A DNA stretch of 64,000 nucleotides from Eledone cirrhosa. Lineage: Eukaryota. The position numbers and the translations under genes were made by a program. The notes below the pieces were generated by a model that saw only the letters and a program-made list of their open reading frames with translations, had not been told where the DNA came from and did not search any database. Of the stretch, positions 1-10,750 are shown piece after piece. Location of the stretch: positions 197,780,001 through 197,844,000 of the forward strand of contig OZ024742.1 of the NCBI GenBank assembly GCA_964016885.1, written 5' to 3'. Each line of letters starts with the position of its first letter. Positions within the stretch are counted from its first letter, which is position 1.

Positions 1-250
1 TAATTTGAAAATTTAAGTGTCTTCTACTATAACTTTGGTTTGACCACTACCTTGTGAGTGGAATTTGGTCAATAGAAACAGCGATAGTGTGTGCATTGTG
101 TGTGTATATCTGTATCTATGTTTTGTAACTTAAAGATACAACAAAACGAGATTGATAAAACACTAGATCTGAAAAAGTAAGTATAGGGTTCAATATCATT
201 GACTAAATCAAGACAATGATCCAGCATGTTTGCAGTCTAATTACTGTAAA
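1..250 (+). mobile_element. 3' part of a tRNA-derived SINE (family B), degenerate
   Basis: CCTTGTGAGTGGAATTTGGT...GAAAC core, a TG tract and a CCAGCATG...CAGTC tail, shared with copies at 48095-48470 and 61995-62155. Confidence 0.6.
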
Positions 251-541
251 ATATTATTTTCGAAAAATCTCATGAAATAAAACACAGATAATCATAATTA
301 CATTGTCTGTCTGTCTACAATAATAAATGGCATTTAAAGTGTACAAAACAAACATTTTTTTTTTCTTTTTGCATTTTTCTGTGTGTGCGCGTGTGCTTAT
401 ATGTCTGCGTGCATGTGTGTGTGTGTGTATACATGTGTATGTGTGCATGTGCCAATCACTGGTGTTTAAACTAATATTCTGTCTCATCTGTACATGACAT
501 TCTGATCAAGATCAACACAATGTTATTATTATTATCATTAG

Positions 542-1015
542 GGTGGTGGATTGGCAGAATCGATAGAGCGTCAGACAGGCTAACAGCATATAGTTATGGC
601 GCTTTACGTTCTGAGTTCTAATCATGCTGAAGTCAGCTTTGCCTTTCAACCTTTTGGGGTCGATAAAATAAAGTACCAGTAATGCACTGGTGTCAATTTA
701 ATTGATTTTCCCCTCCCTCAAAATTATCTCATCCTTACAGGGTCAATAAAATAAAGTACCAGTAATGCACTAATCGAATTTCTCCTCCCACCCAAATTTG
801 TTGGCCTTGTGCCTAAATCAGAAACCATTTGGATTGGCAGTATTGGTAGGGGCTCGGATGCCATGCTTTGACGCATAGAGTTATGGCCCTTGCCATTCTG
901 AGTTCAAATCCCGTTGAGGTTAACTTTGCCTTTCATCCTTACGGGGTCGATAAAATAAAGTACCAGTAATACACTGGGTAATTGCTGGCCTTGTGCCTAT
1001 CGTAGAAACAATTAT
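542..1015 (+). mobile_element. Tandem cluster of tRNA-derived SINEs (family A)
   Basis: A-box-like TGGCAGAATCG, B-box GAGTTCAAATCC, core GCCTTTCATCCTTACGGGGTCGATAAAATAAAGTACCAG and tail GCTGGCCTTGTGCC...AGAAAC, present in at least two copies. Confidence 0.85.
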
Positions 1016-1134
1016 TATTATTCTCAATATTATTACCATCATCAACAATAATCATCTTATTAAATAAATAATAAATTATCATCTACCAGTAATAAATTTG
1101 GAAATAAAGCTATATGTAGAAAAGATAAATTGTG

Positions 1135-1324
1135 CAATACACATAATGGAAAAGTGACTGAGCCATTCAAAAACAAAAAACAAAAACAAAAACGATGTTA
1201 AATCCACTTAATACATTTATCACAGTTCTTGATATCCACACTTTCAACCAGGTCATTGACATACTGATCAAAACGCTTAACACCAAGAAATATATGTTCA
1301 ATATAAAGTGAATTTAACAGTTTT

Positions 1325-1360
<36 letters not shown>

Positions 1361-1408
1361 TTTCTGTCTGTTGAATGGCTAAAGTGATTCTACCATGCTG
1401 TAATTGCT
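1135..1408. mobile_element. Degenerate palindromic MITE-like element
   Basis: Nested inverted matches AGCCATTCAA/TTGAATGGCT and TGTTAAATCCACTT/AAGTGAATTTAACA, with complementary A-rich and (TTG)n tracts. Confidence 0.5.
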
Positions 1409-1870
1409 TTAGTTTCAATACACAGTATCAGATCAAGTCACTTGCAAGACAAGTGCAACTCTGAAATATTTTTAATTCTGCCGGAAAAAAAAAAACTAGT
1501 AAGCCAAAACCCTAAATCCTTGGTTCCCAACCTTTTCACTACCAAGTACCTTTTTGGTTAAATGAACTCTACCATGGAGCGCCTCCCACACCCTACTATA
1601 ATTACTCCCTCTCTTAGATTGTAATACAATGAGAGTAACAATTCAAAGGGAGAAATGTGTACACTTAAAAAAGACTATTGTCAGTTTTCTCTACATATAC
1701 ACAAATATGTCATAAGTTAAGGTTAAAAAAATATATTGATTTTGTAATGTGAAACAAGCAAAAAAGAATAGAAATTATTTCAAATAAGCTCATTATTTTT
1801 GTGAGCTGAAATAAAAATTATTATACAATTATATCTGAAATAAATATTAAGATTGTGAAACAAGTAACAG

Positions 1871-1906
<36 letters not shown>

Positions 1907-2377
1907 CACCATCAGTTTTACATTTGTTTACATTTGTTTTTCCATGCTGGCATGGGTTAGACAAGATTTTCAGGTTTAGAATTCTACAACCAGTTCTCCT
2001 TGATGCCACACTCACTTGCTCTGTGTTTTTTTTTAACCTTCTTGATATCAACCTGCCCAAAACCATCTCTGCTTCTAAGAGACAAAACCACCCATTTTAA
2101 AACATTCTAACATACTTTTAAAAAAGAAAATTTTATGTTACAAACACCATCTTAATGAAATCATTATTTTAGTAAATCCTTCCCAAATTCTTCTTTAAAA
2201 ATATGGTAACAAATAGGTTATTTTACTAAGATATGAATCTTTGCTCATCTAAATGCTAGCATGGCCCTGTGGTTAAAACATTAAATTCCTAATCAATCGG
2301 CCTTGGGTCCTATCCCACTGTGTGATATCTTCTGGGTGGCTAAATTTCTTGTGTGTGACAGAAATGAACCCAGTCGC

Positions 2378-2409
<32 letters not shown>

Positions 2410-2918
2410 ATGTGCGTGTGTGTGTGTGTTTTTATCTCTTTCTCTTAATTTCGAGTATATATTTTTGACCGGCCACCTTCCTGGTGGCAAGGTTGTAAAA
2501 GAAAAGAAATTGTCATCCCTTGAATCGCAAGGATGTTTTGCAAATTTTGAAGGTGCCAGCTATCGCAGCCATTTGTAGACTATGTATGTATGTATGTATG
2601 TATGTATGCATCGGCCTTTCTACATTTACTCTAAGTACAGGTGGTCACACTTGTTTGCAGCTTGCATAAACAGAAGGCCTGTTGCTTGGCGATTAGATAT
2701 GCAAAGATCCATATGTTTCTTCCTTAAAAAATCAAAAGAGGGTTGGCAGCAGGAATAGTATCTGGCCATAGATTTCTGGCCTTAAAATTTTCATCCAACC
2801 CATACCAACATGAAAAAGTTGACATAAAAACTCATTTATATATATTTATATTAGAAAGTGAAGTTTATTTTACAAAATGAAAAATAACCGAGGTGTCCTA
2901 CACGAGTGAAAGTATAAG

Positions 2919-4162
2919 GGAAAAAGATGAAATCGAAAATGCAACTGGAGTCTTTTTTTTTTTTTAAATATATATATTTATTTGGTTCTTTTACCGGTTT
3001 CGCAGTTCTTCTGCTTTTCAAAAGTAGAATTGAGATGGAGGGTCTGTGGTTTTTCTCACATCTGGTTGGTCTTTGAATGTTACTTCTGTTTTATATGGAA
3101 AAAAGTGACTCGAAATGCCAGGTTTTTAGAGAAGTAATTTTGTTGGTTGGTGAATAAGTATAATAAATTTTGCGCCAGTTCGTGTTACAAAGTTCTTCAA
3201 ACAAAGGGGTCTCAGGTTGTTTTTTCATATACGAGTGAAGTTTGGTTGGTTGATGCAGTCACGTGAATAAGCACATCAGCTTTCGCTTTTACTTAAAAAA
3301 AGTGGCTCACGAAGGCTTTTTTTTTTTATAAATGTAATTTGATTGGTTATAAATGGAATTATGACTGTCACGTGAACAAGTACATTAAATTTTGCGTATT
3401 TTGGAATTTTTTTATAGCCATTTAGAGAAATTTGTGCCAAACAAAAGATAATGGTCAAGAAAAAGGAATGGAGAGAGTTGTTCTGAGTATGACTGATATG
3501 CTGAAATGTAATTTGATTGGTTATAAATGAAATTATGACTGTCACATGAACAAGTACATTAAATTTCACGCCCGTATTTGGGAATTTATTTTGTAGCCTT
3601 TTAGAGAATTTTGTGCCAAACAAAAGATAATGGTCAGGAAAAATGGGATGGGGAGAATTGTTCTGGTTCAGTGAATAGGGCTGTACTTGTTCACGTGACA
3701 GTCATAATTCCATTTATAACCAATCAAATTACATTTATAAAAAAAAGCCTTCGTGAGCCACTTTTTTTTAAGTAAAAAGAAATTCAAACACAAACTGGCG
3801 CGAAAGCTGATGTGCTTATTCACGTGACTGCATCAACCAACCAAACTTCACTCGTATATGAAAAAACAACCTGAGACCCCTTTGTTTGAGGAACTTTGTA
3901 ACGCGAACTGACGCAAAATTTATTATACTTATTCACCAACCAACAAAATTACTTCTCTAAAAACCTGGCATTTCGAGCCACTTTTTTCTATATAAAACAG
4001 AACATTCAAAGACCAACCAGATGTGAGAAAAACCACAGACCCTCCATCTCAATTCTACTTTTGAAAAGCAGAAAAACTGCGAAACCAGTAAAGGAACCAA
4101 ATAAATATATATATTTTTTTAAAAAGAGACTCCAGTTGCATTTTCAATTTCATCTTTTTTCC
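2919..4162. mobile_element. Foldback/MITE-like element with inverted arms of about 470 bp
   Basis: About 2919-3383 is the near-exact reverse complement of about 3683-4162; the spacer carries a direct duplication of the inner arm end (about 3329-3485 vs 3505-3665). Confidence 0.85.
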
Positions 4163-4165
4163 GTT

Positions 4166-4197
<32 letters not shown>

Positions 4198-4214
4198 CAC
4201 ACATATATATATAT

Positions 4215-4727
4215 ATATTGTTATACTTTGGGAGGGTCATGTTACCAATAAGAAACACACGCACCAGTTGCTTTCACTCCAATTTATTATAAATTAAATT
4301 TATAAATTTAAGAAATTTGTAAATTTCCGGTTGGTTGGTTGGTTGGTTCCACAACTGGACGGTTGTTCATATATTGTCAAAGTTCTTTCGTCACACAAAA
4401 ACAAGATGGCGTAGGACAGAACAAAGGAGAGGCACAAAACAAAGAAAAGAATCCCCAGTCACTAAAGAGGTCACAGAATGTGTGATGAAAGAACTTTGAC
4501 AATATATGAACAACCGACCGGTTGTGAAACCAACCAACCAACCAACCAACCAACCAACCGGAAATTTACAAATTTCTTAAATTCTTAAATTTAATTTATA
4601 ATAAATTGGAGTGAAAGCAACTGGTGCGTGTGTTTCTTATTGGCAACATGACCCTCCCAAAGTATAACAATATCGGTTTCAACACACGTTTTCAGATAAA
4701 GAATCTTGCTAAACAAATTCAGAAACG

Positions 4728-4730
<3 letters not shown>
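4215..4730. mobile_element. Second foldback/MITE with inverted arms of about 185 bp
   Basis: 4215-4397 is the reverse complement of 4479-4673 with an 81-bp spacer; (GGTT)n/(AACC)n inside the arms; flanked by (TA)n. Confidence 0.85.
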
Positions 4731-4760
<30 letters not shown>

Positions 4761-5121
4761 TACATATATCTATATACATACATATATCTATGTTTTCAAA
4801 ACTTGATTTATATAATCACGAAAAAATTAAAAATTAAAGAAAAAATGCATTAGTGTACTATTCAGACTAAATAGTAAGATGTTCTTAAGCATATCTATGG
4901 AGATTGTTAATATTACTAAAGTAGATAGAATATATGTATAGTAGCTAACAATTTTAAAAGCTTAATGTTAGTTAGACATGCATACAAAGAAGAAATTATC
5001 AAAAACTGAATAGACATTTTGAGTAGAGATAGATAGACAGATAGATAGAGAGCCAGGTATTGGCTGATGAGGGGAAGATGCAGCTGTCTGTTCATTATAT
5101 GTAACTGTACATTTTCTGCTA

Positions 5122-5123
<2 letters not shown>

Positions 5124-5180
<57 letters not shown>

Positions 5181-5200
5181 TGCGTGTGCGTGTGTGTGTG
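5124..5200. repeat. (TG)n microsatellite, representative of many (TG/CA)n and (TA)n tracts
   Basis: Seen directly; other tracts at about 1873, 2380, 5847-6104, 37010-37070, 45950-46070 and 57414-57484. Confidence 0.95.
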
Positions 5201-5839
5201 TACACACAACACTGACACATCATCATTTCTCAACTGCTATATTTTATTCACATGACCCTCTCTCTCTCTCTCTCTCTTCTTTGATTCTCTCACAATCATC
5301 CTCCTACCTTCCTCTTCCCTCTAGCCTATCTGTCTTTCATCTCTCAACTTCGTTTGATAGCAGACTCTCTTCAGCTCCGCAGCCTGACCACATTCTTCTG
5401 ACAAAAGTCTAAATTTTCAAATTTTTCAATTTTACATGCTGAGTTTGTTTATTCATTTCTAGTCACACATTTTTATGTATTAGTTGTTTTTGTTGAAGGA
5501 TCTGTGAATGTTCCTGTCCATTCATTGTTTTGTTATTATCTCACATGCATCTTACCAACAGAGCAGTTCTGAAATCTGTTGTGCAAACTGGCATTAAAAG
5601 TAAAATTACAAGCTAGCAAGGTGGCTGATGAAATAAAGATGCATATATCTGTTCATCATATGTAAACGTATGCATTTTCTGCTGAAAACTGATATTACAA
5701 ATGTAATACTACCTTAATGCACGAAATTGCACACCAGCAAGGTGGCTGATAAGGTAGAGATACAGCTTTCTATTAGATACTACTTCAGAGAAGGCAAACT
5801 AAACCTGCATAGGTGTGAGCTTCAATATATACATTACAT

Positions 5840-5886
<47 letters not shown>

Positions 5887-6043
5887 AACACATACATGTA
5901 TACATACATATATAGACATATTTATACACACATATATATATATATATAGATGAATGTAAAAAGTAAACAAATAAAGCAAATGACACACACATACATATAT
6001 AAACACACACACACACACATACATACACACAGGCAAACATATA

Positions 6044-6105
<62 letters not shown>

Positions 6106-8657
6106 AAGCTTCTTATTTTATTTTCACATTTAAATTATAAACCTGTCATTGTTAAATTTATGTAAGAACTTGTTTCTTAAGTTCCAGACACCAGCTTAAC
6201 TCTCCCAGTATTATATTTCTAATGAAAGACACTAACCATGATTTTAAAAATTATTTTGAAAATAATCAAGAATTTGAAGGGATTTTGCAATATCACTAAG
6301 TTTCTCATTATTAAGTTGGTAATTTGGGGATAAATGAATAAAAGTTCTTGCATAAAATTATGATGGAACATTTTCAGATAAATATAAACACTTTGATATC
6401 AAAGGGTTAATGAGAAAGATATATTCCTAAATCCCTTCAAATTCTTAATTATTTTCAAAATGAAATATGGTAATGAAAAGGCTAATGCAAAAGTTTGTTA
6501 TTTTACTACATCCTTCTAAATTCTTGATTATGTTCAAAATGATCTTGTACCATCAAAGTAGTGTAATTACTTAGAAATGTAGTAACAAAAGGATTAAATG
6601 AGAAAAGATCTAACAAATAGCTTGGTAATCACAAAAGTACAGTCAACCTCATAATATTATCTCAGGTTCAATTATTTAGTAAATATATATGTTAACCATC
6701 CATGATACAATCTAGCCCCTAACAATCATAACTTCAGCTTTCCATGTCAAAAGCTTCTATTAATTATCAGTTTTGTTTTAGAGAAATAAGAATTGTTAGT
6801 AGTTTTATTGTATTTAATGAAATGTTATTCCCATGCAGAACAGGCAATGGCAACAGTTAGAAAGCAGTTCATACCAACACTGCCATCATCACTACCACCA
6901 CCAAAAAGATGCTAGGGCATGGAGAGGACTTAGGCTGAGAGGCAATCTCAAACTCACCGAGGGAGTGACACGCCATTAAGATGTGGGTATAACCTGCAAG
7001 ATGTATACGTTGTTAGTGTGATCAGGATCAAAAAGCAAAAAACAAACAACTCATTAACATAATTTGAATTAAAAGACATAGGCCATTGATTTTTTTAAAT
7101 TATTCTTTGATGAATAAAATTTGGTGAGGATTGTTTCATCAGGAGTGGAAGAACAGTGCTCATGATGCTTTTTCGGGGTCTCCAAGACTAGTGGGAAGAA
7201 GGGAGATAGGGAGGAAGGTATCCCCGGAGACCTGAAGGGAAAGCATGTGAGAGAATGGGCTCAACTAAAGGAACCCATGGGTCCAGGTGATCCTGTTAAA
7301 CTGGGTGACAGATTAAATCGATCACCCAAGTAGGTCATGGTATGATTTCAACTCAGAACAAATACCACAAAGCATCTCATCCAACATTCTAACAATTCCA
7401 CCAATCCACTTCTCTGGACTAGTACTATGTTTTATCAATCACGAAAATTGACTTTAGTGAAATTTTAACTCAGAGTGCAGGGAGTTACAAAAAACCCCGC
7501 AATGCATTTTATCCAACACATTCTAACAAATCTGCCAATTCTCTGACCATGAAATAGTAGTTCAGTTTTAAACAAAATCAGATTTTTTATTGATAGCAAA
7601 TTGGAAAAGTTGTCAGAATGTCAGACTAAATATCTTGCTACTTGTTCTGGCTTATTGTGTTCTGAGTTCAAATCCCACCTTTTTCGCCCTTTCAGGGGCC
7701 GTCGTTTTGGATAGCTTATGGTACCTGGTCCGATTTTTTGCATTCTGGATTCAAATACTACATCCATCTGCCAAGAAAGACAACTAGCAAAGAGTATCAA
7801 CAATCCCATTGTTTCTTTGGTCCAATCTGGGGATCAGATGCTTTCCTTTCTATATTTTATAGGTTTAATGTAATGTAGTCTCTTACAAAGAGAGAAAAAG
7901 GCCTCAGGTTGTTTATATCTGAAGTGTGATGAGAATTTTAGACATGGTCTCACTTCAATCATCATGCACCAATTAAAAAAAAACATTTAAAAAACAAACA
8001 AAAACAAACAAAAACACACTGGACAAAAAGAAAAAAACAATAGTGTAAGTAACTGAGGAAGGTTCAACAAAAATATTTTTAAAACCACAACAAAAACATA
8101 CAAACAAGGATTATAGCATAAAACAAATATAATAATAATAATGGTTTCTAAATTAGGCACAAGGCCAGCAATGTTTTAAAGGGAGGAGAAAGCCAGGTAA
8201 ATCAAGCTCAGAAGGATGAACAGCAAAGTTGACCTTGGCGGGATTTGAACTCAGAATGTAAAGAGCTATAACTAATTACCACAAGGCATTTTGTCAGAGG
8301 CTCTAACAATTCTGTCAATCCAGCCACCTTAACAAAAATAATAATTTCTTTATGATGATAATATTTTAATACACATCTGAAGATACCCATTTCAGTGTGT
8401 TAAGTTTTTAATGGAGAGTACATAATTAACTTCTCAGTAAAGAATTGACTTCTAAACTAATCTACTTACATGCTGTACGTGCTCAGAATTTGGAAAGCTT
8501 TTCCCCAACTCACACACAAGATGAAAGGATGTATGTATTCTTTTTCTATTGATTTATAACATTTAACCCTTTTGTTAATATATTTCTAATGAAAAACACA
8601 AACTATTACTTTTAAATTATTTTGAAAATAATCCAAAATTTCGAGAGATTTAATAAT

Positions 8658-8837
8658 TGTTTCTACTTTAGGCACAAGGCCAGCAATTACCCAGTGCATT
8701 AGTGGTACTTTATTTTATCGACCCCGTAAGGATGAAAGGCAAAGTCAACCTCGGCAGGATTTGAACTCAGATCGTAAAGGGATGTAACTATGCTGGAAAG
8801 CATGGCGTCCGATCCTCTACCGATACTGCCAATCCAC
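8658..8837 (-). mobile_element. SINE family A, near full length, with 16-bp TSD
   Basis: TSD CGAGAGATTTAATAAT at 8642-8657 and 8838-8853; A and B boxes on the minus strand. Confidence 0.9.
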
Positions 8838-8950
8838 CGAGAGATTTAATAATATAACTAAATTCCTCATTATTAAGCTGGTGTTTGTAATATAAAATAA
8901 TGTTCTTACATTAAATCATGATGGAACGCTTTTATATAGATATAAACACT

Positions 8951-9163
8951 TTAACCCTTTAGCATTTAAATCGGCCGTATCCGGCCAGAACTCTCTAACC
9001 TCTATCTGGTTAAACCAGCTGTAACTGGCTGCTCATATCTACATTAAGGTATTGTTCTCAAAATAAATAACATCAAAATCTCGTAGATTCGATATTACGT
9101 GAGATAATTATGTAAGATAAAGCCTTTACTGTAAAAATACAATAGTAAATATAGAGTAATGTA
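8951..9163. mobile_element. piggyBac-type MITE family 1, inverted relative to 16126, one end lost
   Basis: Starts TTAACCCTTTAGCATTTAAA; body is the reverse complement of 16126-16354. Confidence 0.8.
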
Positions 9164-10062
9164 TTGTACAACCAGGGGTGTTTTCAAGCAGTTTGGTATC
9201 AGAATGGGTTATTATTACAACTTACTGCTTTAACCTTGATTAGTAAAGGAGTCTCTAAAATTTGCTTGTCTGGCTCAAGGTTGTAGCCAAATTTCCTTCA
9301 GTTACTAACTCTAGCACCAATATTTCCTTTGATCCAACTATAACATAATTCTTGTTCACAGTCAGTAATATAGAGCCAATGATAACCCTTTTGATACCAA
9401 CCCTACCAAAACCAGCCCTAGTTCTATGAAACAAAACCACCTATTTTAAAGGGTTCCTATTTAAATTAAGAGGTCGCCTCTCACTTGTACCCATTTGAGT
9501 TGATCGTTCATTGCCAGAGTACGTCTCCATGAACCACTTAATAGAATATTAGTCTTCGACTTCATTTATACCATAAACGTGGTTTTGTCTTTGCGTGTAA
9601 TTGTTTTCACCGCACCAAATAATGACGTATTATCTTTGTTTTTTTTCCGTTCTTTGCCAGGGAACGTTTCCATGAACCAAAGTATCGTCTTCCTTCGGTT
9701 GCAACGTTTTTTGAAATATTTACTTCTGCGTTCACAGATTGACTTTTTTAGTTTCAGAAGATCCCGTCAAGGGTGAAAGCAGCGATTCTTTGCTTAAGCT
9801 TTAATCTATTATTTTAATAAATATATATATGCAAGACATATATACAAAGTTTTTCATTTGTTGGCTGTAATCTTAATACCCATTGTCATATCCAATCCCT
9901 TTCTGAAGGTAAAAACCATCAGAAACCTTTTATAATGGCTACTTTACTGCAATAACTTGCCATTTCTATTACAAGCTGATGCTATCTGTTAGGCTCAATT
10001 CCTGGTTCAAAGAAGTGGGATTTGATCTCAGAGTGCACAAAGCCAGATCAGATGCTGTAAAC

Positions 10063-10395
10063 CAAAGGTTCTCAAAGTGGGCAATACTTCCCCCATGGGG
10101 CGTTGAGAAGGTCCAGGGGCACTGGGCCTAAGGGGGCAGTAGAGATGATATAACAGTATATTAAATATCAAATGGTACCTATTATATATAAATATAGTAA
10201 AATAAAAAATATATATATTTATTTATATATAGTATATATTATATTTATTATATATAAATTGATGATTTTATTTATTATATATCATTTATAATTTGCATGT
10301 AGGCAGGTCTCTCTGGAAATAGGATTGAGGTGGGGGCACTGAGAGTGTTACGAGGCAATGAGGAGAAGTTGGCTCAAAAAGTTTGAGAACCTCTG
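10063..10395. mobile_element. hAT (Charlie-like) non-autonomous element
   Basis: TIRs CAAAGGTTCTCAAA / TTTGAGAACCTCTG; 8-bp TSD CTGTAAAC on both sides. Confidence 0.85.
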
Positions 10396-10750
10396 CTGTA
10401 AACCATCCCATCAAACTCTTTAACAATTCCACCAATCCACAATCACTGGTCTGGTATTTTATTAATTGATTCTGAATGGATGAAAGGCAAAGTTAATCTC
10501 AACAGGATATGACCTTGGACTGCCGTGAGCTGGAACAAACATGAAGGCAATAACTCCAACGCCCTAATCACTCAGCCAATTTACCTCCTAAATGCCCATT
10601 AGATGGGGCCTATAGTACCAGTCAATCATGAATGGTGAATTAAAAGCAGTGGTTGATCAGATTATTTAGCAGAGCCATTAGCTTAACCACTGGGATGCCA
10701 CTGTATGGCCAAAGTCTCATGACAAACCAGTAAAATGATGAAAAAATATA

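Larger units (their letters stand above)
8563..9212. mobile_element. piggyBac-type MITE family 2 containing nested insertions
   Basis: TTAA-CCCTTT...GGG-TTA termini; internal sequence matches 60505-61193 and fragments near 6200-6600, 30350-30830, 37600-37770 and 60050-60260. Confidence 0.7.

Noticed and set aside
4668-4700. Hammerhead-like CTGAAAA...GAAACCGATA on the minus strand
   Set aside because: The core is CTGAAAA rather than CTGANGA and stem I does not pair; it is better explained as the outer terminus of the adjacent MITE.
5727-6165. Numerous YIYI/CVCV/HTHT ORFs here and at 34195-34910, 36800-37267 and elsewhere
   Set aside because: Translations of dinucleotide microsatellites.
7130-7330. 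Purine/GC-richer segment considered as an exon
   Set aside because: No convincing splice pair or recognisable peptide; more likely a decayed repeat.
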